From Nanobdellota archaeon (GTDB lineage Archaea; Nanobdellota; Nanobdellia; Parvarchaeales; Parvarchaeaceae): DNA of 49,331 nucleotides. The notes beneath the pieces are model-generated. The model was not told the origin of the DNA. It did not search any database and worked only from the letters and a program-made list of their open reading frames with translations. This document shows positions 9,736-21,068 of the stretch, one piece after another. The stretch's first letter is position 1; each line of letters begins with the position of its first letter. The DNA is taken from assembly GCA_021850635.1 (NCBI GenBank), contig JAJZLM010000010.1, positions 1 through 49,331 of the forward strand. The letters run 5' to 3'. A program made the translations under genes and the position numbers.

Positions 9736-10740
9736 TCACTTGGATGAAATGTACGGTTCTTTTCCATTTCCTATAATCGACCTAATCTCCTTTAGGTACT
9801 TCTCGTCCGTGTTTTCAGGCAGGGATATTCTGGGCTCTATTATGAAGTCGCCTCTGTTTCTACTGTCTGCGAACAACCCCTTACCTTTTATTCTTATAGG
9901 ACTAGAGTCTTTTCCCAGAACTATATACTCTTTACCTTCTGGTGACTCTACTTCGATCCTATTGCCGGGTATTGCGTCGAGTAGGCTTATATGTAAAATT
10001 GTCTTTATGTCACTTCCTTCCACAGAGAACTTATCGTCTCCGACTATGTGATATACAACGTATAAGTCACCTTTTTTTCCGTGTCTTCCAGACTCTCCTT
10101 TTCCTTTTAATATAGTGTAATTACCATCGAAAATAGTTCTTTGTATAGGAATTCTTATTGTTTCATACTGGTTGATAACCCCACTACCACCGCATGTTTC
10201 ACATATCTTTGTTGGTATGTACCCTTTTCCGCCGCAGATGTTGCACTGCGTCATTATAACGAAAGTAGACGAAAACTGCCTGGAAGAGCGTTTTATCTGT
10301 CCCGTACCCTTACACTGGCTACATATCTTTCTCTCCTTTGCGCCGGTTCCTTCGCATTTTTGGCACTGCACGGAATGCTTTATCTGTATCTCTTTTTCTC
10401 CTCCCCTAAAAAGCTCTGATACACCAATATTCACGTCTATTTTTGTGTCGTAACTCCTAGTGTCAAAGCCGAAATTACTAAAAAAATCTCCAAAGCTTCC
10501 AAAATCAAAGTTGAAAACATCGCTGAAATCCTCTTCTCCACTAGTCGTGCCCTGAGAATTGCCTTTGTTCATTAACGTTCTATATGCTTCGTTTATCTCT
10601 TTGAATTTTTCTTCTGCTTCTTTGCTCCCTTTGTTTAAATCTGGATGGTATTTTTTGGCTAGGGATTTGAAGGCTTTTTTAATCTCGCTTTCACTAGCTC
10701 CGGGATTTATTTCAAGCACTCTATAAGGGTCTTTATCCAT
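9736..10740 (-). CDS. dnaJ: Chaperone DnaJ
   Basis: J domain with HPD, short G/F region, four CxxCxGxG repeats. Confidence 0.96.
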   Translation of the reverse strand: MDKDPYRVLEINPGASESEIKKAFKSLAKKYHPDLNKGSKEAEEKFKEINEAYRTLMNKGNSQGTTSGEEDFSDVFNFDFGSFGDFFSNFGFDTRSYDTKIDVNIGVSELFRGGEKEIQIKHSVQCQKCEGTGAKERKICSQCKGTGQIKRSSRQFSSTFVIMTQCNICGGKGYIPTKICETCGGSGVINQYETIRIPIQRTIFDGNYTILKGKGESGRHGKKGDLYVVYHIVGDDKFSVEGSDIKTILHISLLDAIPGNRIEVESPEGKEYIVLGKDSSPIRIKGKGLFADSRNRGDFIIEPRISLPENTDEKYLKEIRSIIGNGKEPYISSK

Positions 10741-10779
10741 AATATTAGGTTAATAGAGAGATGGTCGTTAAAATACTTA

Positions 10780-12579
10780 TTACTTGGGCCCATCACTGTT
10801 TGTATTTGTATTGTTATCCTTAGGAGCATCGGATGGTTTGTATATCTTAGTACTTATCTTGCTAAGTGTTTCATCCAACTTTTTGCGGTCATCTCTTAGT
10901 TTAGCTATATCATCCTTATCTATGTCTTCTTTAACAGTTTTTATCACATCTTCGGCTTCTTTTTTATCTTCTTCTGTTATCTTGTCTTTAAAGTCGGTCA
11001 GTATCTTTTCCAATGCGAAAACTAATCCAGAACATTCATTTTTGAATTCTATTTCTTCTTTCCTTTTTTTGTCTTCTTCCTCATATTTCTTAGCGTTTTG
11101 TATCATCTCTTCTATTTTTTCTTTAGATAGCTTATTTGGAGCAGTTATGGTTATTTTCTGTGATTTGTTGGTAGCTTTATCTGTAGCAGTAACATTTAGT
11201 ATGCCGTTGGAATCTATATCGAATGTTACTTCTATCTGGGGTGTGCCTCTAGGAGCAGGAGGTATCCCTTCTAGGTTAAACATGCCAAGGCTTATGTTAT
11301 CCTTAGCCATAGGCCTCTCCCCTTGCAGGACATGTATCGTTACGCTAGTCTGGTAATCATCCGCTGTAGTGAATATCTTACTTGTTTTTATAGGGATTGT
11401 CGTGTTTCTATCTATTAGGGGAGTGGCTACGCCGCCTAGAGTTTCTATACTAAGAGTAAGAGGAGTAACGTCTAACAAAACTATGTCTTTTATATCGCCG
11501 GATAGGACAGCTCCTTGTATAGCAGCACCTAAAGCTACTGCTTCCATAGGGTCCACGCCTCTTTCTATTTTGTCGCCAAATATGTCTACCAGGAATTTTT
11601 GTACAGAAGGCATTCTAGTAGGCCCCCCTACAAGAATTATCTTTGATATATCACTCTTTGATAGATTAGAATCTTTGAGCACGTTTTCTATTGGCTCTCT
11701 AGACCTTTCTATTATAGGTCTAACCAAATTTTCGAGGGTCGCACGGGTTATCTTCATCTCTATATTCTTAGGCGTATTGTTCTTTACCACTATATACGGC
11801 AGATTAACATCAGTTTCAATGACAGTAGAAAGTTCTATCTTTGCTTTTTCGGCAGCATCTCTAACGCGCTGGTATGCAGTCTTGTCATTCTTTAGGTTTA
11901 TTCCCTCTTTAGATTCAAAATCTTTTAGTATGTAATCTATTAGCGCTTGGTCCATATCAACGCCACCCAACTGTACGTCTCCAGATGTGGCTAGAACTTC
12001 AAAAGTGCCGTTACTTATCTCCATAATAGTTACGTCTAGAGTGCCTCCTCCAAGATCATACACCAATATCTTAAGCTCGTTAGACTTGTCCAGTCCATAA
12101 GCTATTGCAGCTGCAGTAGGTTCGTTTATTATTCTAACAACTTCTAATCCAGCTATTTCACCAGCGTCTTTAGTAGCCTGTCTCTGATTATCATTGAAGT
12201 AAGCAGGAACTGTTATTACGGCTTTAGATACCTTTGAACCCAAGAACGCTTCAGTGTCCCTTTTTATCTTCTGTAATATGAAAGCAGATATTTGCTGGGG
12301 TGTATACGATTTTCCGTCGATTTTGTAAATATAATCAGTACCCATCTTTCTTTTTGCTGAGAAGATAGTGTTTTCTGGGTTGGATATCGCTTGTCGTTTA
12401 GCCGGTTCGCCTACCAACACATCTCCATTCTTTGCAAAAGCTACTATAGAAGGAAACATCTTTCCCGCGACTGTCGCGCCCTCTGCACTTGGTATTATAG
12501 TCGGCTTTCCACTCATAACTATAGCAGCCTGGCTGTTAGTAGTACCCAAATCTATTCCTATAATTCTTTCCTTTTCCAT
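10780..12579 (-). CDS. dnaK: Chaperone DnaK (Hsp70)
   Basis: [42 protein letters not shown]. Confidence 0.99.
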   Translation of the reverse strand: MEKERIIGIDLGTTNSQAAIVMSGKPTIIPSAEGATVAGKMFPSIVAFAKNGDVLVGEPAKRQAISNPENTIFSAKRKMGTDYIYKIDGKSYTPQQISAFILQKIKRDTEAFLGSKVSKAVITVPAYFNDNQRQATKDAGEIAGLEVVRIINEPTAAAIAYGLDKSNELKILVYDLGGGTLDVTIMEISNGTFEVLATSGDVQLGGVDMDQALIDYILKDFESKEGINLKNDKTAYQRVRDAAEKAKIELSTVIETDVNLPYIVVKNNTPKNIEMKITRATLENLVRPIIERSREPIENVLKDSNLSKSDISKIILVGGPTRMPSVQKFLVDIFGDKIERGVDPMEAVALGAAIQGAVLSGDIKDIVLLDVTPLTLSIETLGGVATPLIDRNTTIPIKTSKIFTTADDYQTSVTIHVLQGERPMAKDNISLGMFNLEGIPPAPRGTPQIEVTFDIDSNGILNVTATDKATNKSQKITITAPNKLSKEKIEEMIQNAKKYEEEDKKRKEEIEFKNECSGLVFALEKILTDFKDKITEEDKKEAEDVIKTVKEDIDKDDIAKLRDDRKKLDETLSKISTKIYKPSDAPKDNNTNTNSDGPK

Positions 12580-13037
12580 TATACTCCTATTTTCACCTTC
12601 GGGTATCTTATAACCTTATCATTCAGCTTATACCCTGGTTGTATTTCCTCAATTATCTTACCTGTCTTATCTTTTATATTTTCAGTAGCGACCGCCTCAG
12701 CTATCTCAGGAGAATAGTCTTGACCAATAACTTCCATCCTAGATAGACCATAAGACTTCAAAGTATTATATAGAGATTTCATCAGTAATTCTATTTTATC
12801 ATCTTTGTCGGTTTTCATCACATTGTCAAAATCATCCAATACTTTCAACAAATCTAATATGATTTTTTCTCTTATTAGTTTTTTCTCCTCTACAATCTGC
12901 TTATCTAGAGATTTTCTATAGTTGTCAAATTCTGCTAGAAGGTACAGATATTTTTCTTTGTATTCTTTTTCTTCGTGTGTATCATCCTCTTGATAAGTGA
13001 TTTTGTCCTCGTTTTTAGTAGTGTCCTCTTTCTCCAT
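12579..13037 (-). CDS. grpE: Nucleotide exchange factor GrpE
   Basis: LAEFDNYRK and [16 protein letters not shown]; directly upstream of dnaK. Confidence 0.96.
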   Translation of the reverse strand: MEKEDTTKNEDKITYQEDDTHEEKEYKEKYLYLLAEFDNYRKSLDKQIVEEKKLIREKIILDLLKVLDDFDNVMKTDKDDKIELLMKSLYNTLKSYGLSRMEVIGQDYSPEIAEAVATENIKDKTGKIIEEIQPGYKLNDKVIRYPKVKIGV

Positions 13038-13062
13038 AAACGTATATGGAAGTAATTAGTCT

Positions 13063-13536
13063 TTATAAATTTTTCTTCTTTGAATCACTGTAAGACCACA
13101 GCGCTGAAACTACTAATGTCAAGAATATTGATATTTGGCTTATCGAGCACAGAACACATATGTAACCTATAACAAATAGTTCTAAATATATCAGATACAC
13201 AGATACCGCGCTGCCAAGTATGCCCAATACAAGCATAATGTGGATTAGTTTGACTTTTAAGATAGATATGTTAGGTTTGAGTATAAGCAATATAGACAGC
13301 GCAATCACTAGCATGAAAAAAGCAGCCCCAAGATAATAATTGTTTATACCAAGGATTATCTTAGAATACTGGCTTGTAACGACTTTTCCGCAATTAAGCA
13401 CCGTTCCACTTATTGTGCAAGAATTCTGTGGGATTACACTTGCGCTAAAGGATAGGGCTAAATAGATCATTGCAGATAAGCCAATCAATCCTAGAGCTAA
13501 AAGAAGGTAGGCGGAGATTCTGGCGTGTATTCTCAT
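13063..13536 (-). CDS. Vitamin K epoxide reductase (VKOR) family protein
   Basis: Four TM helices; loop Cys pair C-x(8)-C followed by VxxSxYS; active-site CVLC. Confidence 0.9.
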   Translation of the reverse strand: MRIHARISAYLLLALGLIGLSAMIYLALSFSASVIPQNSCTISGTVLNCGKVVTSQYSKIILGINNYYLGAAFFMLVIALSILLILKPNISILKVKLIHIMLVLGILGSAVSVYLIYLELFVIGYICVLCSISQISIFLTLVVSALWSYSDSKKKNL

Positions 13537-13544
13537 ATGTGTAT

Positions 13545-14078
13545 CTATAGTTTCTTGTTTATGGATGAAAGGAGCACCTTTATAGCGCTTTCTATCTCTG
13601 CTATGTTTTTAGCCCCAGTGCATACAATCTTGCCGGTTCCGAACAGAAGAAAAGTTATCTTTGAGTTTCTGAGTTTGTACACAAGCCCAGGAAACTGCTC
13701 GGGATTGTATTCTGTCTCTTCTATACCGTAAGCTATTTTATTCAAGTCGAGAGGTCTACTAAGGTTACCGCTGGCGACTATGTTCTGGATCTCGACTTTC
13801 CATGTGCTCTTGACGTTTATGCCTATTTTTCTGAGGTCTTTTAGTAGCTTTGACATGGCGTTCATTATGTCTTCTTTAGATCTACCTCCTGTGCACACTA
13901 GTTTTCCGCTACCGAATATAAGGAACGTAACATGTATATCTGGTAATCTGAACACCAGCCCAGGAAACTGTTCCGGATTATACTGGGTGTTCGGTAGCTT
14001 ATTCAGTTTTTTTAGAGGTATCTGAGTTTTAAGAGATATGCTCGCGACAATATTTTCTACCTTATAAATCTTTGACAT
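13545..14078 (-). CDS. tbp: TATA-box binding protein
   Basis: Two repeats of NIVAS...YNPEQFPGLV...FGxGKxVCTG. Confidence 0.98.
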   Translation of the reverse strand: MSKIYKVENIVASISLKTQIPLKKLNKLPNTQYNPEQFPGLVFRLPDIHVTFLIFGSGKLVCTGGRSKEDIMNAMSKLLKDLRKIGINVKSTWKVEIQNIVASGNLSRPLDLNKIAYGIEETEYNPEQFPGLVYKLRNSKITFLLFGTGKIVCTGAKNIAEIESAIKVLLSSINKKL

Positions 14079-14145
14079 ATATAAGCTTTATTATTATGCT
14101 ATTTAAATACAGCTTTATATAAGCGATACTATATATATGTACATT

Positions 14146-17100
14146 TTATCTGAAAACGGAAATTACAATATTGTCTTTGTCAACCGAAATGTTTTCCACT
14201 TTTAACAACTTTCCTTCTTTTTTCAGCGTAGAGTTGGTTTTTTCTTCAGCATAGCTAGTAGTGTCCTTGACCAAAGCAGAGTTAGATTCGCCGTTTATGC
14301 TTATAGCTATCCTGATTTGGTCCTTTCTATTCATACCGAATTCTTTTCTTATTGCTTGTATTGACCTGGTGGTTTCGCGTTTTATCCATAATATCCTTAC
14401 TTCATCGTTTAAGTTCTTGTCTAATACAACCTTGCGGTCTTGCGCTTCGAATATTCCTAGATTCTGAGTTTTTGGTATAAGCTTTATATCTTCATTAGCA
14501 AGCTCATATCGCTTTGAGTCTACTAACATGTTTATTTTTGAGCCGATGTGCCTTATTACTGTGCCTTTAGTTAGTTCTATAAACTTAGCTGTTATCCCAG
14601 TTATCTGCTCCTGTGTGTATTTTTTCTTTAGAGAATCGAAGTTCAATGATACATCAAAATCGTTTTCCTCTAAGGAGTAGCCTACATGCAGAGTATTAGT
14701 CATCGTTTTTAGTATCTCCTCAAAAATCGTATCTCCCGATACTCCTGGAAGCAGCACCTTATCTAACGGTCTTTTTAGAGGTATCTTGTTCTGCTCGCGA
14801 GCCGCGAGTACGTCTTGCACAAGTGATAGGGTAAGATCCATGCGTTTTTCAGTTTCAGGGTCTATCAAGGACTCTTCTATTTTTGGGAAAGACGACAGCA
14901 GTACGCTGCCTTTCTCATCTATAGATTTGTATATATATTCAGCTATGAATGGCATGAATACAGAAACTAAGGAAGAAAGCTCTTTTAAAATCGATGAAAA
15001 AACGTGGAAAGCAGCGCTATCATTATCATCGAACATTCTGCTTTTTGCGAGTTTTAGATAAGTACGACTGAAGTCGTTGACAATAAAGTTTATAAGTTCA
15101 TTTAAAGCGTAATCAGGTCTAAATGCGTTAAGACTGTCATCCGATATCTTTTTTATCGCATTCCATCTAGAAAGTATCCATCTATCATCTACTCCGAATG
15201 GTTTATTTACTCCCTTTCCAGCGAAATCATTTTTAATGGACGCATTAAGATTGACCAGATTATAAAGTATATTTGTTACTTTTTGAGCATCAGATACATC
15301 ACCAGTAGAGAACACGACAACGTCTTCAAGGCGGTGTTTTAGCAGCGACAACCTTAACGCATCGCGACTATATCCTTCTGCCAATAACTGTTGTAGTGAC
15401 TTGTAATTGCCTTCGCTTTTGGACAGTTTTGCGCCGTTCTCTCCGACTACAAACCTGTGCATAACAACATTTTTGAATGACAGTTTTGAAGTGAGTACAT
15501 ACCCCATGACTAGTGAGGAATAAAACCATCCTCTTATTTGATCATTACCCTCACAGATGAAATCTGCGGGGAACCATTTTTCATAGTCCTTAGTTTTTGA
15601 AGGATACCCTAAATCAGCGAAAGACGCAGAGCCAGAATCAAGCCATACATCTATAACATGTGGCACCCTACTCATTTGTCCAGAGCATTTTTTACATTTT
15701 ATCTTTATGTTATCCAGACTGTTCTTGTGCAGGTCTTTAACAGACTTTTTCCCACTTAATGACAACAGTTCTTTCTTACTACCAATCGTTATTTTATTAT
15801 CGCAGGAGTCACACATCCATATTGGTAGAGGAGTATTCCAATAACGCTGTCTTGATATAACCCAGTCTTGTGCATTCGATAGCCATGATTCGAACACATC
15901 CTTTGACAAAGGAGGTACCCAATTGATGTCTTTTGATATATCTATCAAGCCTTTTTTTATCTTATTTATATCCATAAACCATTGGTCGCTTGCCCTGGGT
16001 ATCAATGGAGTCTTGCATCTCCAGCAATGAGGATAATTGTGCAGTATTTTTCTTTCTGACAGTAACGAGCCTGTGCTTTCCAAGAATTTTATTATCTTAT
16101 CGTTTACTTTGAGGACATCCTCCCCTTCTAACCATCCTGCTTTGTATGTGAACTTTCCGTTCTCATCCACCGGCGACATAAGCGGCAGGCCATTTGTTAT
16201 TCCTATTTTATAATCTGATTCCCCATGCCCTGGCGCGCAGTGCACTAGGCCTGTTCCAGAATCCGCTTCAACGAAAGGAGTGCCATCCTCTGAAACAACT
16301 CCAGAGCCATCGACCACTACACATATTTTGCCAATGTTTTCCTGTATTTGTGGTATATCTGGGAACAGAGGTTTATATCTTAATCCTATGAGTTCGCTAC
16401 CATCTAGTTCCTTTTTTATAGAGTAATTTATTCCAATCTCATCAAGAACGCTGACTCTGCTCTTAGAAAGTATAACTGTCTTGCCCTGTATCTCAGCTTC
16501 TACATATTTGAAACCACTGTTTACAGCTATTGCTGCATTTGATGGCAAGGTCCACGGTGTTGTAGTCCAGATAAGAAGATATCTACCGTCTTCCATCCGA
16601 AAGAGAACGTACACAGACATGTCTTCCTTTTCATAGTACCTATCGCGTATTTCATAGTTTGACATTGGGGTTCCACAGCGAACACAGAACCAGGTGGTCT
16701 TGAATCCTTTGTACAGGAGACCCATCTCATCAGCTTTTTTTAGTGCACCCCATATAGATTCTATGTACTTATCTTCGTACGTTTTGTACGGTTTTTTTGT
16801 ATACCAGAGCAAACCGTAATCTAGCATTATAGAAGTGTTTAATTTTATGTACTCTTCAGCAAATTTTTTGCATTCGTTTATAAATTTGTCTTCACCGTAC
16901 TCCTTTATGTCTTTTTTGTTTTTTATCCCTAGCCTTTTCTCAACAGCGACTTCTATCGGCAGGCCTTGGGTGTCCCAGCCTGGTTGGGCTCTAACATCGA
17001 ATCCTTTCATCTGCTTGTATCTTATTATAGCATCCTTTATGAATATGCCGAGCATAGTCCCAGCATGTACTTCGTTAGTTACGAACGGAGGGCCGTCTAG

Positions 17101-17217
17101 AAAATAAAATTTTGGTTTCCCTTCGCCTAGTTTATCTAATTTTTCCGGTATTTTCTTCTTTTTCCACTCAGAATTTACAGCCTTTTCAGTCTCCACACCA
17201 TTGTAAAAATCGGTCAT
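14146..17217 (-). CDS. ileS: Isoleucine--tRNA ligase
   Basis: LDGPPF, HAGT (HIGH), GWDTQGLP, WTTTPWTLP, GTGLVH, ISRQRYW, EGNDQIRGWF, KLSKS. ATG 17217 preferred over TTG 17235. Confidence 0.97.
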   Translation of the reverse strand: MTDFYNGVETEKAVNSEWKKKKIPEKLDKLGEGKPKFYFLDGPPFVTNEVHAGTMLGIFIKDAIIRYKQMKGFDVRAQPGWDTQGLPIEVAVEKRLGIKNKKDIKEYGEDKFINECKKFAEEYIKLNTSIMLDYGLLWYTKKPYKTYEDKYIESIWGALKKADEMGLLYKGFKTTWFCVRCGTPMSNYEIRDRYYEKEDMSVYVLFRMEDGRYLLIWTTTPWTLPSNAAIAVNSGFKYVEAEIQGKTVILSKSRVSVLDEIGINYSIKKELDGSELIGLRYKPLFPDIPQIQENIGKICVVVDGSGVVSEDGTPFVEADSGTGLVHCAPGHGESDYKIGITNGLPLMSPVDENGKFTYKAGWLEGEDVLKVNDKIIKFLESTGSLLSERKILHNYPHCWRCKTPLIPRASDQWFMDINKIKKGLIDISKDINWVPPLSKDVFESWLSNAQDWVISRQRYWNTPLPIWMCDSCDNKITIGSKKELLSLSGKKSVKDLHKNSLDNIKIKCKKCSGQMSRVPHVIDVWLDSGSASFADLGYPSKTKDYEKWFPADFICEGNDQIRGWFYSSLVMGYVLTSKLSFKNVVMHRFVVGENGAKLSKSEGNYKSLQQLLAEGYSRDALRLSLLKHRLEDVVVFSTGDVSDAQKVTNILYNLVNLNASIKNDFAGKGVNKPFGVDDRWILSRWNAIKKISDDSLNAFRPDYALNELINFIVNDFSRTYLKLAKSRMFDDNDSAAFHVFSSILKELSSLVSVFMPFIAEYIYKSIDEKGSVLLSSFPKIEESLIDPETEKRMDLTLSLVQDVLAAREQNKIPLKRPLDKVLLPGVSGDTIFEEILKTMTNTLHVGYSLEENDFDVSLNFDSLKKKYTQEQITGITAKFIELTKGTVIRHIGSKINMLVDSKRYELANEDIKLIPKTQNLGIFEAQDRKVVLDKNLNDEVRILWIKRETTRSIQAIRKEFGMNRKDQIRIAISINGESNSALVKDTTSYAEEKTNSTLKKEGKLLKVENISVDKDNIVISVFR

Positions 17218-17284
17218 AATTAACAAGTAACTCAATATAATTTAAGCCTTTCGCAGAAAGTCTTGCTGAATTGTATAATACCGT

Positions 17285-18262
17285 TTAAGAAAATGTTGCA
17301 TTAGAAGGCAACTTAGTTATCTGTAGTACGTTTGGAATACCTCCCGTTGAAGAATTCAAAGATATCTGGAAAGTAGTGTTCTGTCCTCCAGGGCTTACGC
17401 TCATATTCAGGAAAACAGGCAATCCTAATCTTTGTGAGAAACACAAGTAAGCAGAACCCGATCCTATAGAATAGCTTTGTGATATACTTGTGTGTATTAG
17501 AGTGCATGTGCGGTTGCCATAAGTATAATTGCCTAATATTGATATAGTGTCGCTCAATTGATTTGAGCCTCTAGACTCGAATACTGCGGTGTAACCGAGT
17601 ATACTGTTGCTGATAAGCTGTATTAGTGATCCGCTAGGCTGTTCCTTAATATACTGACATAAGCTGTTCCCAGTCGATGCCCCATCGTTCAATAAAGCGG
17701 TCAACATAGGGAAGTTGCTACAGCTTACAAACCCAGTATCATTACTGAAAGTAAGGAAGTAAACAGTCCCATTCTGTGCGGTCTTATTTGAACTATTATG
17801 GTTAGCCTGACCGAAGAGCGAAGAAAATAGTATATGGGCTAGATCGTTTATCCCGCTGAGAGGCATCGATATATAAAGTCTAGACAGCAGCCCATGTTTC
17901 GATATTGATACGTTTGGCGAGGTTGTTATGTTAGTATAACTCCCATTATGTAAAGTGTTTGAGCTTAAATCTCCGGAATATATTTCAGTAAAATTTTGGG
18001 CAGAGGAATAGAGCGCAGATGAGGTCTGAAGTATCTGATATGTAGTGTTATCTCTGGAAAAGTTCATGCTTACAGAGGACGGCGTCGAACTTGATTTTAG
18101 ACTATTTATAACATTCTTAATAAAAATAGGATTATACAGATATACGAATGCGGTTAATACTATAATCACAACTATCACGGCTAATACTATAGGCTTCTTA
18201 TCACGTTTTTCGCTTTGTGGTGCTCCAACAATCGGAGTACCATTCATGTTGTAATCCGTCAT
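17285..18262 (-). CDS. Membrane-anchored exported protein of unknown function
   Basis: Single N-terminal TM helix after a basic patch; Ser/Thr/Asn-rich, many N-x-S/T sequons, four Cys. Confidence 0.75.
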   Translation of the reverse strand: MTDYNMNGTPIVGAPQSEKRDKKPIVLAVIVVIIVLTAFVYLYNPIFIKNVINSLKSSSTPSSVSMNFSRDNTTYQILQTSSALYSSAQNFTEIYSGDLSSNTLHNGSYTNITTSPNVSISKHGLLSRLYISMPLSGINDLAHILFSSLFGQANHNSSNKTAQNGTVYFLTFSNDTGFVSCSNFPMLTALLNDGASTGNSLCQYIKEQPSGSLIQLISNSILGYTAVFESRGSNQLSDTISILGNYTYGNRTCTLIHTSISQSYSIGSGSAYLCFSQRLGLPVFLNMSVSPGGQNTTFQISLNSSTGGIPNVLQITKLPSNATFS

Positions 18263-18313
18263 ATATAATTATTATTACGACAACAAATATAAGCCTTGAT
18301 TCTAAAAAGTTTA

Positions 18314-20908
18314 CTAGTTATGTGCAAACCAAATATCTCCTTTTTCAGTTACAGATTTATACTTTTCGGATAGTATGTTCTTAACCACGTCGTTTTTAGG
18401 TTTTCCTATACCTATACCGTCGCCGAGTATGACTGCATCCTTATGTGAACCCTTCATCAAAGTGGAGAGTATCCCAAGGTCCTTTAGTTTAGTCTCTATC
18501 TCAATTACACCGTCTATTTCCTTACTCTGGGTTATCCCAAGACGGAGAGCTATATTCTCTTGTTCTGCTTTCTTGTATAACTCTCTATTTGTTTTAGCCT
18601 CAGAGAAGAAGCGTTCTGCTGTCTTGTAAACTTCGTCTTGCTTGACACCCCATAAGTCCATAAGGCTCTTTATCACACCATCTATTTTTTTCACGTATTC
18701 TAAGGCTGGTTTGTCTGCCATGAAAGTGAGCCTCACTACACCATCTTGTATTCTTTCGGCTTTTATAATCTTAATGAAGTTAACTTCGCTAGTCCTGTCA
18801 CAATGCAATCCACCACACGCCTCCACATCGTAGTCGTCTATGCTGACTATCCTTAATTCAGCATTAGGGATAGCTCCACCCTGGTATATTCGCATACCGT
18901 ATTTGACTTCTGCTTCCGTTCTGTTCATATTCTTCACAGTTATGGGAAGGTTTTTTGACACTACCTCATTAGCCAGAGATTCTATCTTATCTACTTGTTC
19001 GTCTGTAAGTTTATCAAAATAGGTTATGTCTAGATGGGCTTTGTCTACATCCTTCTCTGCGCCATTTTGATACACGAAATCTCCCAAGACTCTACGTGCA
19101 GCCTGGTTTATTATGTGCGTTGCGGTGTGGTGTTTCTTTAGCGCTTCTCTTCTTTTAGTGTCTACTATCATAGTTATTTGTGCGCCGACGCGTTTATTCA
19201 TGGGTCTTTCTAGAGAGTGGATTATTACATTGTCGTTTATTCTTACATCGATTACGTTTATTCCGTCAATTGTTCCTCCATCTGGTTTTTGCCCGCCCAT
19301 CTCGGGATAGAAAATAGTCTTGTTCAGTATCAAGTGGTCGCGGCCAATAATTTTAATTATCTTTGCTTTTGCCTCCGCTAATCCCTCTTTATAGAACAGT
19401 TTTTCGGTCGGTTTTATCCCTCTAATATCATAAGTATGGCTAAGTTCTCTATTTTCCTTTCGCTTATTGATGTTAGTGTATGCCCTTTCTGGAATGGTTA
19501 TTTTTTTGCCTTCCATAAGCGCTATGTGTCTTATATCCTCTTCAGTTATACCTTTGGATTCATACAGTTCAGAAATTTTTTCCTCGCTTATTTTGGATTC
19601 GTTTATTAGTTCAAGTATGACTTTGGTGTTCCTATTCTTGAATTCTATATACCTTTCCTTTTCCTTGTTTATTATTTCTAACACGTCAAAGTCTTTTAGC
19701 TCATTAAACCACGCGCCGAACTCCTTTTTATGCTCGTTGATAACGTCGTTCAGATCTATATCCCACCCCTTTGAATCTATGAAATTAAGGCATCTTCTAA
19801 GTATATTACGAAGATTATAGCCACCACCGACATTGCTGGGTAGAGCCCCGTCGTGTATGCTCACCAACAGCGTGCGCGTGTGATCCGCTATGGAGTATAT
19901 CGCCTGCATGTCTGTAAGGACTTTTGTGAGTTCCTTTTCTTCGATGCCTGTCCTTGTGGATATACTTTTTATAGCTTCGTCTAGCGGTGTTTTTTCGTAG
20001 TTTATCTCTCCAGCGAATTTGTAAATTCTTTTTAGTAAATCGTCATTGTAATAGACGCCTACTTTCTTTTTTATGAAATCTATTACCTTTGGAAAAACTG
20101 CTTCGTATACCGTTGGGGTATTCATACTCACCCATACCCATCTGTTGAGTCCAGCCCCCATGTCTATCGTCTTAGTGTCCATCTCTTCTAATCCGTTTTC
20201 TGTTATCAGATATCTCATGTAAACTTGGTTTCCTAATTCTAGGCCGCCCAAGAAGAACTCAAGCGAGCTACCTGCATACCCTGCACCAACCCATGCATCC
20301 TCCACGAATGTTATTTTAGATGGGTCCAGTCTCATTCCATCAGTAAGCCACTTATATATGTATTTTATGGCTTCCTTATCAAAGTAAGTCCTCTTATTTT
20401 TAGAATTGAAGGCAGCCTCTTCTGCCATTATGAAGCTCGTCAGATGTCTACCAGTAAGTCCGACATTGGAAATGTCGTTGAACCTGAGACATATCTGTGG
20501 GACTACGAGCGGGTTTGCAGGCGGTTCGACAATCCCTTTTATTGCGTACGGTGCGAAATCGTCTATTGCGGCCTCAACGAAGTATATATCATCTCTCCAC
20601 CTAGCTACCACAGGGTATCTGCTTATTTCCTTGTGACCGAAATCCTTGAACATCGAGGAAAATCTATTCCACATCTCTCTGTACGACAGTTTAAGGGGGG
20701 TCATTATCTCATCCAGAAAAGTATAGCTGCCAACGCACTCGATGTCGCCGCAGGTATCGCGTTTTACAGAGCTCCAGAAGTTTTTCCCACATACTTTGCA
20801 TTCAAATCGCGACAGACCTAGTTCCTTTAGTGATTTTACCGGTATTAGTGAACTCGGGTCTTTTTTTATCCTTTCGTGTATGAGTTTTTCGACTTCTTTT
20901 TTGTCCAT
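18314..20908 (-). CDS. alaS: Alanine--tRNA ligase, archaeal type
   Basis: N-terminal CxxC...FW zinc ribbon, VVARWRDD, ELGNQVY, IDMGAGL, IADHTR, editing HTATH and CGGLHC. Confidence 0.97.
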   Translation of the reverse strand: MDKKEVEKLIHERIKKDPSSLIPVKSLKELGLSRFECKVCGKNFWSSVKRDTCGDIECVGSYTFLDEIMTPLKLSYREMWNRFSSMFKDFGHKEISRYPVVARWRDDIYFVEAAIDDFAPYAIKGIVEPPANPLVVPQICLRFNDISNVGLTGRHLTSFIMAEEAAFNSKNKRTYFDKEAIKYIYKWLTDGMRLDPSKITFVEDAWVGAGYAGSSLEFFLGGLELGNQVYMRYLITENGLEEMDTKTIDMGAGLNRWVWVSMNTPTVYEAVFPKVIDFIKKKVGVYYNDDLLKRIYKFAGEINYEKTPLDEAIKSISTRTGIEEKELTKVLTDMQAIYSIADHTRTLLVSIHDGALPSNVGGGYNLRNILRRCLNFIDSKGWDIDLNDVINEHKKEFGAWFNELKDFDVLEIINKEKERYIEFKNRNTKVILELINESKISEEKISELYESKGITEEDIRHIALMEGKKITIPERAYTNINKRKENRELSHTYDIRGIKPTEKLFYKEGLAEAKAKIIKIIGRDHLILNKTIFYPEMGGQKPDGGTIDGINVIDVRINDNVIIHSLERPMNKRVGAQITMIVDTKRREALKKHHTATHIINQAARRVLGDFVYQNGAEKDVDKAHLDITYFDKLTDEQVDKIESLANEVVSKNLPITVKNMNRTEAEVKYGMRIYQGGAIPNAELRIVSIDDYDVEACGGLHCDRTSEVNFIKIIKAERIQDGVVRLTFMADKPALEYVKKIDGVIKSLMDLWGVKQDEVYKTAERFFSEAKTNRELYKKAEQENIALRLGITQSKEIDGVIEIETKLKDLGILSTLMKGSHKDAVILGDGIGIGKPKNDVVKNILSEKYKSVTEKGDIWFAHN

Positions 20909-20981
20909 AGCCTATTTCATCTTGATATAATTATGTACATAAAACACTTATTTATGCACTTATTATCATAGATTAAGCTAT

Positions 20982-21055
20982 GGCCGCAGTAGTTTAACTA
21001 GGTAGAATATTGGGTTGTGGACCCATCGATCCGAGTTCAAATCTCGGCTGCGGCC
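20982..21055 (+). tRNA. tRNA-His(GUG) with encoded G-1
   Basis: Acceptor GCCGCAG/CTGCGGC, G-1 (20982) opposite C73 (21055), anticodon GTG at 21017-21019, T arm CCGAG-TTCAAAT-CTCGG; no intron, no CCA. Confidence 0.96.
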
Positions 21056-21064
21056 TTTTTAAAA
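21056..21064. terminator. Possible bidirectional oligo-T terminator between convergent tRNA genes
   Basis: TTTTTAAAA gives a T-run on each strand within the 13-bp gap. Confidence 0.5.
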
Positions 21065-21068
21065 TAAT

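Noticed and set aside
10784..11935. Long plus-strand ORFs (190 and 188 aa) opposite dnaK, and similar antisense ORFs throughout
   Set aside because: Shadow frames of conserved genes, with no motifs and Ser/Ile/Phe-biased translations
13545..14078. Direct repeat agcccaggaaactg in tbp
   Set aside because: Reflects the normal two-fold internal repeat of TBP (EQFPGL)
14146..17217. Non-canonical HIGH (HAGT) and KMSKS (KLSKS) motifs in IleRS
   Set aside because: HxGT-type variants are usual in archaeal IleRS; there is no sign of inactivation
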